A stretch of DNA of 64,000 nt from a virus: IMG/VR virus record IMGVR_UViG_3300046697_000072; one strand, given 5' to 3'. The translations under genes were made by a program, and so were the position numbers. Of the stretch, positions 53,459-62,943 are shown piece by piece. Each line of letters starts with the position of its first letter. Position 1 is the first letter of the stretch. The notes under the pieces were generated by a model. That model had not been told where the DNA came from. It saw nothing but the letters and a program-made list of their open reading frames with translations, and did no database searches.

Positions 53459-56400
53459 TTAGTGTGTCCATGCTCCGTTTACCTTAACACAGGACTGCCC
53501 CGTGGAACTCCCTAACGTGCAGGTTATGTTGCAGTCTAGGCAGTACGTGTGAGAACTATTCCCTGTGTTTCCTAGACCCACGCTTGTGCTGGTCATCGTG
53601 GCATAGGACATCTGCCCCCCCTCAACGATTACCCCGGAAGACACAGCGTAGGCTTGGCTGGTATATATCGTCCGAGTATTCCCTAAAGTCACGGTGACCC
53701 CGGTAGGACTCCCATTGATTAGATATGCGTAATCCACCCCTTGGATGGTGTTCCCGGTAATCGTCCAGTCGCTAGTAGTCCCCTGGAGCCAAGCCGCGAT
53801 GTTCGAGTTGGAACCACTTGCCCCTTGAATCGTGTTTCCGGTAATAGTGCCCCATGGGAATCCTGCGCCGCTCGATCCATTTACCAAAATCGCATCCCAA
53901 CTGGCGAAGTTACCGGAGTTAGCCATCGTGTTGGCGGTGATCGCGGTCTGCGCCCCGTATCCGGTGAGCACGATACAGCCCAACGTCGTGTTCTCGCACT
54001 TGTTGTTGGCAATGTTGATCCATCCGCCGCTGGTGGTCGAATTGTACTCAACGAAATACTTAACCGCGTTTCCGCCATCCAGCGTGTTGTTGGAGATCAT
54101 GTGCTCTGAACTGCTGTTAATCAGGATCGCGGCTTCCGCTGCTGGACTAACCGAGTAATTGAGGAACCTGTTACTCGTTACTGTCGGACCTCCGCAGTCC
54201 GGGCAAGCGGTGTCCTGAGCAGTGATTGCGGTATGGTGAAACTGGTAAAATGTGGAGTCGCTGACGCTCAATTGGTTCATCGAGACCCCAAGGATCTCAT
54301 CGTAGAAGTTGTTGAACAGGACGTGATCCACGCTTGAGAACGAAGTCTCTACATTGGAGCCAATGCGGATCGCGTAGTTTCCGCTCGACACCGTTCCTAT
54401 CGAATCCATCCGTAAATTGGAAAAGCTGACTGCTGGGCCACCGTCTACATCGAATAACCCATTGCTCCCATTCCAATTCACAATCAAGGATTGCGATGTC
54501 CCGCCTCCGAAGACTCTTGCTCCATTGTCAATGTAAACAGGAGCGTAAAACGAATATGTCCCAAAGGGAAAGTAAAGCGGTCCTGTCGGGTTTCCGGCGT
54601 TCGACGCTCCGGCCGCAATTGCCGCCTCTTGAGCGCCAGCCGTCGCTGACCCAATGACAAACGACCCACCGTGGGAATAAGACAATCCGTACAGGGTCAT
54701 CGTTCCGGTTGACGATCCCGAAGTGCAGGTGGTTCCACTGACGTAAGCAGCCTCGGCTGTCCCACTCCCGCCGCTGATGTAGTACCAGAATGCATGGGGT
54801 GAGGCGGGCACGAAAGATGCCGCCCCAACTGGGCAGGGAGTGAAGGTGAGTGCGTGAGTTCCGCTGGATAATGTGCCGCTGCTGGTTCCTCCAGGGACAC
54901 AGGTGGAAGTGGTCATGTTACAGGAGTATGGAGTAAAATTGTATCCTTGCACGTTGTATGGACCGCTGCTCCCGGATACGCAGATTCCCCCAATGAAAGA
55001 CGCACATTCGGGACTTGAGGCCCCAATGTAATTCCTCGACCCGATTTGCAAGGTGATATAAGGAGTAGACGAAGCCACTGCTACCATTTGGAAAGCACTG
55101 TACGTTGCTCCAACACCCGCAGAAAAAACTAGGTCCGCATAGGTAGCGGATGGCAAAAATTCCAGTGAAGACCAGTTAGAAGACCCGGACCCGAATGCTA
55201 AGAGTTGTCCAGAGTGAGTTATCGAGAACACTTTACCGCCGCCGCTAGGTTGGCTGTATACATCCAGCAGGTCAGCCGAGCCTCCGGTATAGCCAATTAG
55301 CGTTTCGGCAACAATATCCGATGACGGAGTTGCCGCAAGGTGCCCTGTGGTGAAGATCGTGCCGCCTGCGGTGATGTCCTGAACGTGTCCGATGTCTACC
55401 ACGGACGGGCTGCCGGTCGCGTACTGGATGATGCCTGTATTACCCGTGTACCCGAACGGGTTGGAGGACGGGAACTGAATGTAGAAGCCTGCCGTGTTCG
55501 TCGGCGTGGCGTTGGCTGTTACCGATCCGGTGAAAGTCCCACTTGAACTGTTGACGGTGCCGAGGTGCGCGTTGGCGCTACCGTCGATGATCTGGGTGTT
55601 GTAGATGTAATAGCCGCCGTATGTTCCAGCGCCCGACCCGACATGCCCCGTGCCCGCTCCGACGCACGATCCACCATAAATCTGGCACGTCACGATGTTA
55701 CCGCTGTTCGAGTTGATGTTGAATACATTCCCGATGTTCACTACGCCGCCCAGGGACGCGCTATACTGAATGACCCCGGTGGTCCCGACGTAGTATCCCG
55801 CGTCGGGAGTTAGAGCCGTGTTCGCCGTGACCGAACCCGCGAATGGGTTCCCTCCACCACCGCCGCCACTTATTGTGGCCGTCGATGATGCCGTGACAAG
55901 GCCCTTCCCGTTGATGGTAAGAACGCAGGACTGGGTGCTGCTACCGCAAGACACCGGGCTGGAGTTCACGGTGTTCAGAGTGAAACTCGGCTGGCTGAAA
56001 GTCAGATCGCCGCCAGCAGTGAAGCCCCCGAACACGCCTCCGTTGTTGTACTGAATTTGCCCAGAGCTTCCGCCGGGCGTCCCGCCGCCGCCCCCGCTCC
56101 CGCAGTCGGAGCCTGTGCCACTCAACTCCCCCAGCGCGTTGAAGTGAGCGCACTGAACAGTCCCAGTGATGCCGGAGAATGTCACCGTTCCGGGGAGAAT
56201 CGTATCGTTAGAGGATGACGTGCAAGTTGCAGGCCAGCTCGTTCCGTCGTACTTCCCGGAGCAAGTCATGCTCGAATTGATAGGCATGAGCGCCCACAGG
56301 CTGCCATCGAACGGAGAGGGAAGCGTGACAGCGTAGACTGTACTGCCCTGGCTGAAGGTGAACGAAAGATCCACGTATCCGCCAGAGGCCGGTGGGCACG

Positions 56401-58681
56401 TAACAGATGAGATCGTGACCGGAGCCGTGAGCGTGGTACTGGCCTCAAACCATGAGTTTGCTACCGACGTGCAAGTCAGAGTCGATGTGGTATTCGGGTT
56501 GAAAGAATAAGACACGCCTGCGCCAGAACCGCCCCCACCGCCCGAACCGCACTCCGTACCAGTCCCGGTGACCGCTCCTGTAGGACCAGCATGGAGGCAC
56601 TGATTGCCAGACCCGGTGACGGTGAGGAGCGTAAGGATTCCGCTGCCATCAATGATGCTCTGCGCGGACCCGCCCACGCCCAACCAGAATCCGCCGTTGC
56701 TCCCCGTGCCTGCGCTGACATGCTGGCCGTTGGCCGTGCTGATCGTTCCTGCCGCCGCGACGTTGTAGACATTCCCAATTGAGATCGTCGGGCATCCGGT
56801 AGCGTCACATTGGATAATCCCGGTGGTCCCGACGTAGTATCCCGCTACAGCCGTCAGGCTCGTGTTGGCCGTGACTGAACCGGGGAACGGGTTCCCTCCA
56901 CCTCCCCCGCCGCCTCCACCTGATCCGCAATCTGACCCGGTTCCGCCGACAACGCCAAGCGAATTGACGTGAAGGCATTGCGTCATCCCCGCCACGTCGA
57001 TTGTCAGATGTCCAAGCAGGGACGTGGCACCGGAAACCGTCAGACCTGAGAACGATCCGTTCCTGCTGGAATCGATGGCCGTTACGCCGCTGATCTCAAA
57101 AGCATTGGACGTGTTGACGTAGCCGGTGGTGCTGATGTTCAAGCTGCCGTCGATGATCGTTGTTCCACCTACTGCGTAACTGCCCGCCGCGATCCCCGCA
57201 TTTGCTCCGCTCCCTCCAACCTTGAACCCCACCCCTGCTGCGGTCTGAACTCCGACAGTTCCGCTGAACTCCAATGTGCCCGAGGTGGGCACATAGGCGC
57301 TTGCGCCCTGCCACAAGATACGACCAAAGTTCCCTAACCCGTCGATCTTGATGGCCACAACATTGGCCGAATTCAAGATGGAATTCGCGTCTTGCAGGTT
57401 TTGAACCCAGACCCCGTATCCGTTGACCACATGACCGCCGCCGCCGCCGTAACCTCCTGGTTGCCCAACGATGAGTCCCGCCCAGGTGTTCAGCGTCACA
57501 CCGGAAGAGACTTGCGCCAAACTTGCCAGGTAGTTCATGCCCAGATTTGCGGTGTACGCCGATGCGGGAGTCTGGTAGTACAGTTCGGAGTCCACCGCTT
57601 TCTGCTGGCCGCGAATGTAAGGCGAACCGTATCCGGAATCGGTCGGGAGATTCATCGCTCCAAGGACTACCACTCCGGCCAATCCGAACTGGTCCCATCC
57701 GTTCGATCCTTCGTCAACCGTGGTCCGCACCACTCGCACTACCGAAGACACGCCCCTCGATTCGTTGTCCTGGTTCAACCAGGTATGGTCGATGTTTGAC
57801 ACCACGTACCCGAGCGCGGTTGAATCGTTCAGGCTCGCGCCGCCCCAAGCGGTGAACCCGTTCCCGTCGATGACTTGGTTAGAGCCTACGTACACCCCTC
57901 CGTTGAAGGTCTTGGCTCCTGTGATCGTTTGCGTGGTGTTGGTCGTAACGCACGTCGGGCAGTTCGCTGCCGAGATCCCCGTGAGCCATGCCGGGGCGTT
58001 GTAGGTCTGCGTGGTGTCCACGGCGTTGGTCACCATGGCAGCCGTGTAGTCTCCCGTGGTAGGGACCACCGCCCCCGTCCTGGTGTTGAACGAATTGACA
58101 ATAGCCTGAAAGGTCGGGTCCGCACTTGCCTCGTTGGACACCAGACCGTAGTTGGCTGTACCTGCCGCCGTCACAGAGAGCGCCGAACTCCCTTCCCCGA
58201 CAAGCACCCCATGAGCAGTGAACGACGAGGCTCCGGTCCCTCCTTGCGCCAAAGTGATCGGATATACCGCAGACGCCAGCGATGTTGACAAGTAGAAATC
58301 TTTGCAGGCCGAGTAGGTCACGGTGGCAGCCCCGGTCACAACGATCTGGATGTACGGGTGATAGCCATTTGAATAGGCAATGGGCGGGTTGCTAACCTGA
58401 GTGATCGTAGCCTGAGAGCCAAAACTTGTCCACGGACCCGCGCAAGAAGTGTCGGAGAAGTTCATGGCAACGGTCCATGCTCCGGCCCCGGTGGCGTAGA
58501 TGCTGTGGTAGTTGTTATGGCGGGAAACTGCGCTGGAGTTATTTATTCCGTTGGTGCCGCATTCCGCAGAAGCCCAGGAACTTGTGATCCCGTAAATCCT
58601 GGTAATCATCAAGCTGGTCTGAGAGGTCTGGGATAGTCCAACGTTGCACAGCAGAAATAAAAACGGCAGTAGTTTTTTCAT
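53459..58681 (-). CDS. 1740-aa secreted giant fibre or tailspike-like protein with C-terminal parallel beta-helix repeats
   Basis: MKKLLPFLFLLCNVGLS/QTSQ signal; three G(T/S)GS(D/E)CGSGGGGG modules; C-terminal NNTLDGG.. / IANNKCEN.. / ITANTMAN.. / ITGNTIQG x2 repeats. Confidence 0.65.
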   Translation of the reverse strand: MKKLLPFLFLLCNVGLSQTSQTSLMITRIYGITSSWASAECGTNGINNSSAVSRHNNYHSIYATGAGAWTVAMNFSDTSCAGPWTSFGSQATITQVSNPPIAYSNGYHPYIQIVVTGAATVTYSACKDFYLSTSLASAVYPITLAQGGTGASSFTAHGVLVGEGSSALSVTAAGTANYGLVSNEASADPTFQAIVNSFNTRTGAVVPTTGDYTAAMVTNAVDTTQTYNAPAWLTGISAANCPTCVTTNTTQTITGAKTFNGGVYVGSNQVIDGNGFTAWGGASLNDSTALGYVVSNIDHTWLNQDNESRGVSSVVRVVRTTVDEGSNGWDQFGLAGVVVLGAMNLPTDSGYGSPYIRGQQKAVDSELYYQTPASAYTANLGMNYLASLAQVSSGVTLNTWAGLIVGQPGGYGGGGGHVVNGYGVWVQNLQDANSILNSANVVAIKIDGLGNFGRILWQGASAYVPTSGTLEFSGTVGVQTAAGVGFKVGGSGANAGIAAGSYAVGGTTIIDGSLNISTTGYVNTSNAFEISGVTAIDSSRNGSFSGLTVSGATSLLGHLTIDVAGMTQCLHVNSLGVVGGTGSDCGSGGGGGGGGGNPFPGSVTANTSLTAVAGYYVGTTGIIQCDATGCPTISIGNVYNVAAAGTISTANGQHVSAGTGSNGGFWLGVGGSAQSIIDGSGILTLLTVTGSGNQCLHAGPTGAVTGTGTECGSGGGGGSGAGVSYSFNPNTTSTLTCTSVANSWFEASTTLTAPVTISSVTCPPASGGYVDLSFTFSQGSTVYAVTLPSPFDGSLWALMPINSSMTCSGKYDGTSWPATCTSSSNDTILPGTVTFSGITGTVQCAHFNALGELSGTGSDCGSGGGGGTPGGSSGQIQYNNGGVFGGFTAGGDLTFSQPSFTLNTVNSSPVSCGSSTQSCVLTINGKGLVTASSTATISGGGGGGNPFAGSVTANTALTPDAGYYVGTTGVIQYSASLGGVVNIGNVFNINSNSGNIVTCQIYGGSCVGAGTGHVGSGAGTYGGYYIYNTQIIDGSANAHLGTVNSSSGTFTGSVTANATPTNTAGFYIQFPSSNPFGYTGNTGIIQYATGSPSVVDIGHVQDITAGGTIFTTGHLAATPSSDIVAETLIGYTGGSADLLDVYSQPSGGGKVFSITHSGQLLAFGSGSSNWSSLEFLPSATYADLVFSAGVGATYSAFQMVAVASSTPYITLQIGSRNYIGASSPECASFIGGICVSGSSGPYNVQGYNFTPYSCNMTTSTCVPGGTSSGTLSSGTHALTFTPCPVGAASFVPASPHAFWYYISGGSGTAEAAYVSGTTCTSGSSTGTMTLYGLSYSHGGSFVIGSATAGAQEAAIAAGASNAGNPTGPLYFPFGTYSFYAPVYIDNGARVFGGGTSQSLIVNWNGSNGLFDVDGGPAVSFSNLRMDSIGTVSSGNYAIRIGSNVETSFSSVDHVLFNNFYDEILGVSMNQLSVSDSTFYQFHHTAITAQDTACPDCGGPTVTSNRFLNYSVSPAAEAAILINSSSEHMISNNTLDGGNAVKYFVEYNSTTSGGWINIANNKCENTTLGCIVLTGYGAQTAITANTMANSGNFASWDAILVNGSSGAGFPWGTITGNTIQGASGSNSNIAAWLQGTTSDWTITGNTIQGVDYAYLINGSPTGVTVTLGNTRTIYTSQAYAVSSGVIVEGGQMSYATMTSTSVGLGNTGNSSHTYCLDCNITCTLGSSTGQSCVKVNGAWTH
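58636..58649. repeat. iterated palindrome copy GTCCAACGTTGCAC
   Basis: Signal-peptide codons of the 1740-aa gene (C-N-V-G). Confidence 0.9.
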
Positions 58682-59409
58682 GGCAAATCTCGACTATTGA
58701 TTGCTTCACACACACCTAAGCACTCGCGCCATTGCGCCCCGGCGTAAAGCGCGGCCTGGGCGTTCTTGAGTTCGTTATCTCCAGAGTAGATCCGCTCCTC
58801 GATGGAGAAAATAAGGTACGCCAAGCTGAACTCATCCGGGATCAGCGGCAACGGGTCCGTCAATGCCGACACCTGCGTTGTAGCCGCCTGGGTGCCCACG
58901 ATGCTCAACCCCCGGTGTTGGGCCGGATTCTGTAAAACCGGGCCACCAATCGTGCTCACGGTCGCGGAGAATGAATCGTAGATCGCAAATGGCGCGTTCG
59001 GCCAGTTCGCCCCAATGATCGACTCGGAATTCTGATCCGGAGTCGGTGCCAGCCCTATGCTCTTGATTGGCAGGCCGTCTTCGTAGAAGTACTGGGGAGC
59101 CCCCGGTTTCCGCCGCCAGTCTCTCAGCTTGTTATTCAGTTCGGCCTGCGTAGCGCGGGGTATCCACTTGCCACCGACAAAGACATCAGAAACTGTGAGA
59201 ATGTCATCCGGCACGGTGTACACCGCTTGCCCGGCCAGGATGCTCTGCGTGTAGATGCGCTTGAAGAGTTCGCCGCGAGTGAAGAAGTCCAGAAGTGAGA
59301 GGTTCAGGAGATCGAAGAACTGGGGGAGCGTCAAGATTCCCAGGACAAGCCCTCCGTCTTCTAGAACGTCGTAGCAGAGCGCATCGTAAACATCCTGTGC
59401 GGTCGCCAT
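58678..59409 (-). CDS. virion structural protein (243 aa), paralogue-like to the next gene
   Basis: ATGA-coupled to the giant fibre gene; shares AGQ..Y..P...G......EL....W pattern with 59409-60068. Confidence 0.45.
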   Translation of the reverse strand: MATAQDVYDALCYDVLEDGGLVLGILTLPQFFDLLNLSLLDFFTRGELFKRIYTQSILAGQAVYTVPDDILTVSDVFVGGKWIPRATQAELNNKLRDWRRKPGAPQYFYEDGLPIKSIGLAPTPDQNSESIIGANWPNAPFAIYDSFSATVSTIGGPVLQNPAQHRGLSIVGTQAATTQVSALTDPLPLIPDEFSLAYLIFSIEERIYSGDNELKNAQAALYAGAQWRECLGVCEAINSRDLP

Positions 59410-60068
59410 CAGGCACCCACCTTCTGCTGCACAGGGTCGCTAACCAAGAAATACGGAGGGAATTTCAGGTCTTTCCACAAACTTAGCGGCTTCAATTTGC
59501 GGATCATCTCTTGGTAATTAAAAGACGCATCCGCAAACGGCTTCCCGCTTTCCTTGATCATAATCCGACTTTTGGCATAGTCGATCAGGATGTCGCACAT
59601 CTGGTCTTCCAGAGAGATCGCCTGCCCGGCAGCGGTGAGCGGGATCATGGGGACTACACCCTGCACTTCGATCATGTTCCCGCCAGCGGCGTCAATGGGG
59701 TGAATCACGAACATCCCGAGTCCGATGGGTGCCCAACGGTTAACCGGTCCATAGTTGGCCGTGGTGTCCGTCGCCCACTTCCGAAACCGGGTAGCCAATT
59801 CTCGCAGACTGAAAGGCTCCAAGATGCGGCCTTCAAAGTAAATCTTGATCGGTATGACAATGCCGGTAGGAGAGGCATACTCCCGCTGCCCTGCCACGCT
59901 GAAACCGGGAACCGGGATGGTGTCCTGCGCGATGCCTACCGCGACGTTGAGGCGGCGTAATCCCTCATTGAGCACACCCCTGACGTTGGGTTCCGGGTAG
60001 AGGCCAACATTGCCATCCAGGCCATCCCATACGCGCTGCTCAAGGTCTGCCAGTGTGAAGGTCGGCAC
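59409..60068 (-). CDS. virion structural protein (219 aa)
   Basis: Coupled start/stop; see previous entry. Confidence 0.45.
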   Translation of the reverse strand: MPTFTLADLEQRVWDGLDGNVGLYPEPNVRGVLNEGLRRLNVAVGIAQDTIPVPGFSVAGQREYASPTGIVIPIKIYFEGRILEPFSLRELATRFRKWATDTTANYGPVNRWAPIGLGMFVIHPIDAAGGNMIEVQGVVPMIPLTAAGQAISLEDQMCDILIDYAKSRIMIKESGKPFADASFNYQEMIRKLKPLSLWKDLKFPPYFLVSDPVQQKVGA

Positions 60069-60079
60069 CGTTCGCCACC

Positions 60080-60322
60080 TTACCCGATGATATGCCCGGC
60101 CTTGAACATTGACCCGCCGCGTTCGAGGCGCTTGCCGAAGTTTCGCAGAGCCCTGTAGTCATGACGAGAAGCTTCGACGAACGGCATCGGCCCACCGTGC
60201 TCCATGACCTCGTGGGCTTCGTGAAGATGGTCCTGAGCCTGCATCATCGCCTGATCTGGGCCGACGAGACGCCGCCCCTTCAATTCGTTGGGAGCCATGT
60301 ACTCCCGGAAACTGTCGCACAT
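60080..60322 (-). CDS. hypothetical small protein
   Basis: 80 aa. Confidence 0.5.
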   Translation of the reverse strand: MCDSFREYMAPNELKGRRLVGPDQAMMQAQDHLHEAHEVMEHGGPMPFVEASRHDYRALRNFGKRLERGGSMFKAGHIIG

Positions 60323-60325
60323 ACG

Positions 60326-61480
60326 TTATCCTCCTAATTGATCGTACACCGAGAAATCGGGCCGAGCCTGCATCGCATTGTAGGAACTCACCCCACGAAC
60401 CTTGTCGATGAAGTTCGAGAGCATCTGCATGTAGCGCCCCTGGTCCATGTTGATGGCGTCTTCGAGATAATCTTTGTACTGCTGCTCGCAGAAAGCTGCC
60501 GCCGATGGGTCGTAAAAAGGATCGACGCGACCTTCTCGGGGGATTACTCTCGCGAGAAGAGCATCGGCCTGCGCCCCCGCGATGAAGATCTCTTCGTTCA
60601 GGAAGTACGGTGACAGGTCGTTGTCGTTCACCAGCCGGGGCCAGCCGTCTTCGTAGACGAGATTGATGAGCCTGCCTGTCATCTGCTGGGGGTAAAGCTC
60701 CCACTGCATGACTCCAGCCGGGTGCGGTGCCATCATGCACATCGCCTCCGGGTCACCGGTGTTCGTCCGCTGCGGGTCCCCCATGTTCAGGAAGTCCTGG
60801 GTCTGCTCGGTGTTCAGGACATTCCCGGCCAGTGCGTCATAGGCGAAGCGCAGGCGCTTGGCCGTAGGGGTGATCTGGCAGTAGGCCGAGTAGATGACGT
60901 ATGGGTTGCTGGTCACAGCCAGCCCGCCCCATGGCCGGTCCATAACGGCGCTGGTGGCCGACAGAATCCCGGTGATGGTGAAGATGTAGTCGTTCACGTC
61001 CAGTTGCCGGTTAGCAAGGGTGGATGCCTGGACCGTGGCCCCGGTGTTGTGCTGATACCGGCAGTAGACCGTGAACGTGTCCGGCCCGGTCTTGCGGATC
61101 GGCAGGATCTCCATGATCGAGGGGTTCTCCATCTCGATCACAACGTAGATCCCCTGCTGAATCTTGTCCATTGAGGCCGGGGATAGCTCCACAAACCCGG
61201 TGTCCCTGGAGTCTGAAGTGAGGGTGGTGTTGACCAGATCGTTGACCGGCCACGCGGTTGCGACTCCGGTGACAGCCGTTGAGCCTGGGGTGAGGTCCAC
61301 AGATCCGGTGCTGTAGGCGTCCGGGACCACCAGTGATCCCATCCGGAGCGTGTCGCTCCAGCGGTACTTCTCCAGAACGGACCTGATCCGGCGATTTATG
61401 AATCCGTCGATTTGTGACGGAGGGGCATTGGGCTTCCGGTCGGCCACCAATCCGCGCATCGTCCAGAGCGATTCCGCCAT
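60326..61480 (-). CDS. 384-aa structural protein, first gene after the late promoter
   Basis: GAGGGT RBS; downstream of promoter 61498-61526. Confidence 0.5.
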   Translation of the reverse strand: MAESLWTMRGLVADRKPNAPPSQIDGFINRRIRSVLEKYRWSDTLRMGSLVVPDAYSTGSVDLTPGSTAVTGVATAWPVNDLVNTTLTSDSRDTGFVELSPASMDKIQQGIYVVIEMENPSIMEILPIRKTGPDTFTVYCRYQHNTGATVQASTLANRQLDVNDYIFTITGILSATSAVMDRPWGGLAVTSNPYVIYSAYCQITPTAKRLRFAYDALAGNVLNTEQTQDFLNMGDPQRTNTGDPEAMCMMAPHPAGVMQWELYPQQMTGRLINLVYEDGWPRLVNDNDLSPYFLNEEIFIAGAQADALLARVIPREGRVDPFYDPSAAAFCEQQYKDYLEDAINMDQGRYMQMLSNFIDKVRGVSSYNAMQARPDFSVYDQLGG

Positions 61481-61497
61481 ACACTACCCTCACCGGC

Positions 61498-61526
61498 ATC
61501 ATACGACAACCGGGCAAGGTTTTCAA
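61498..61526 (-). promoter_or_regulatory. sigma70-like promoter for the tail/fibre operon
   Basis: Minus strand: TTGAAA-17 nt-TATGAT; palindrome copy 27 nt upstream of the -35 box. Confidence 0.6.
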
Positions 61527-61553
61527 TAGCTTAGGGCAGAATCAGATGGGCGC

Positions 61554-61567
61554 GTGCAACGTTGGAC
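61554..61567. repeat. iterated palindrome copy GTGCAACGTTGGAC
   Basis: Intergenic; 27 nt upstream of the -35 box of the late promoter. Confidence 0.9.
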
Positions 61568-61570
61568 GGA

Positions 61571-62266
61571 TTACGCTGGGGTGACTGCCACCGTTCCCCC
61601 GCTGGGCATGGGCACCGCCACCACCTCGGACGGGTCGAACATGTCGTTCGTAACCCCGGTTACCCGGAGGTGCGTGCTGTAGATCTTCGGGGCCACGTAG
61701 CAGGCGATCCCCAGTTTCATGCAGCGCTGGAAGAAGCTGAAGTCCTCACTGAACTTCCCGATGATATCGAACGGCTCCTCGTGAAGTTCGTTCCAGATGC
61801 GCTCGAACACCCGCCTGCGGACCAGCAGGCACCCGGCCCCGGCGCAGTCGATCTTCACCAAGTCGGCGTTCCAGTCCATCTGCGACACGATCATGTAGGC
61901 ATTGTTCACCCACATATAGGTGGTTGGCAGGAACGGACCTGCCTTGTACCGATACAACCCTGTGAGCACGTCGAGGTCTTTCTGCTTCATCAGGGAGACC
62001 ATCCGACAAACAATATCAGGCCCGAATTGGTGGTCGCTGTCGGTGGTCCAAAGCCAATCACCGAGCATCGTTCGGGCCAGCCCGTTGCGGGCCGTGACGT
62101 GGTAGCTGCTGATCGATCTATCCCGGTGAACAAACTCCCCCGTCTGGCACATGTATTCCTGATTGTAGACTCGCATGTCTGCCCAGGAATCTGTGAACTC
62201 GGTTGGTACGGACATCAGCCCGCCTAAATAGGCCACCGTTCCTATTGGCCTTCGTAGAATCAGCAC
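61571..62266 (-). CDS. glycosyltransferase (GT2-like)
   Basis: ARNGLARTMLGDWLWTTDSDHQF...GAGCLLVRRRVF...SEDFSFFQRCMKLG...H; AAGGAG RBS before GTG 62266. Confidence 0.6.
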   Translation of the reverse strand: MLILRRPIGTVAYLGGLMSVPTEFTDSWADMRVYNQEYMCQTGEFVHRDRSISSYHVTARNGLARTMLGDWLWTTDSDHQFGPDIVCRMVSLMKQKDLDVLTGLYRYKAGPFLPTTYMWVNNAYMIVSQMDWNADLVKIDCAGAGCLLVRRRVFERIWNELHEEPFDIIGKFSEDFSFFQRCMKLGIACYVAPKIYSTHLRVTGVTNDMFDPSEVVAVPMPSGGTVAVTPA

Positions 62267-62943
62267 GCGCGCTCCTTTGCCAAATACTTCTCCGCCGCTT
62301 TCAGACCTTCCGGGGTTCCGATGTCCAAGTAGGGTCCGGAGGACTCAATCGCAATGACTTGACCTCCGGCCTCCACCCAACGGTTAATCACCGTGCCGAC
62401 GTAAGGCTCTTGCTGCCACATCCTAGAAAGGGTTCTCAACTCCAGGCAGGTCATTCGCATCGCGCCCCATACCCATCCCGATGCTGGCTTTGAAGCCTTG
62501 ACCGCTACCCTTCTGACCATCCCGGCCTCGTCGTATTCCACGGAGTCGAAGTTCTCTGGATCGGGAACCTGGAATACAAGTAGGGACATTCTCTGTGGGA
62601 GTTTCTGAAAACCGTACTCTGGGAACCAGACCGTATCCGGCAACCCGATCAACACATCCCCACTTACAAAAGGCTCGCAGATGAAAATGGCGTCTGCCAG
62701 ACCAATCGGCTCCGGCTGAATCAGGTAGCAGAGTTTAGCTGACTTGTAGGTAGTGCCGTACTTACGAAGGATGTCGGCCTTCCCCGGTGCGATCACGATG
62801 CAGATCTTATCGGCCCCGCCAATCACCATACGGTCCAGCAAGTACTCGATCACCGGCTTACCGGCAACCGGGATCAGTTCTTTCGAGCACTGCCGGTTCG
62901 GAAGCCGGGTGCCTGATCCCGCTGCCGGGACTATTCCCCACAT
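62260..62943 (-). CDS. sugar-phosphate nucleotidyltransferase
   Basis: GIVPAAGSGTRL....SKELIPVAGKPVIEYLL signature; GGGAGG RBS before ATG 62943. Confidence 0.85.
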   Translation of the reverse strand: MWGIVPAAGSGTRLPNRQCSKELIPVAGKPVIEYLLDRMVIGGADKICIVIAPGKADILRKYGTTYKSAKLCYLIQPEPIGLADAIFICEPFVSGDVLIGLPDTVWFPEYGFQKLPQRMSLLVFQVPDPENFDSVEYDEAGMVRRVAVKASKPASGWVWGAMRMTCLELRTLSRMWQQEPYVGTVINRWVEAGGQVIAIESSGPYLDIGTPEGLKAAEKYLAKERAC

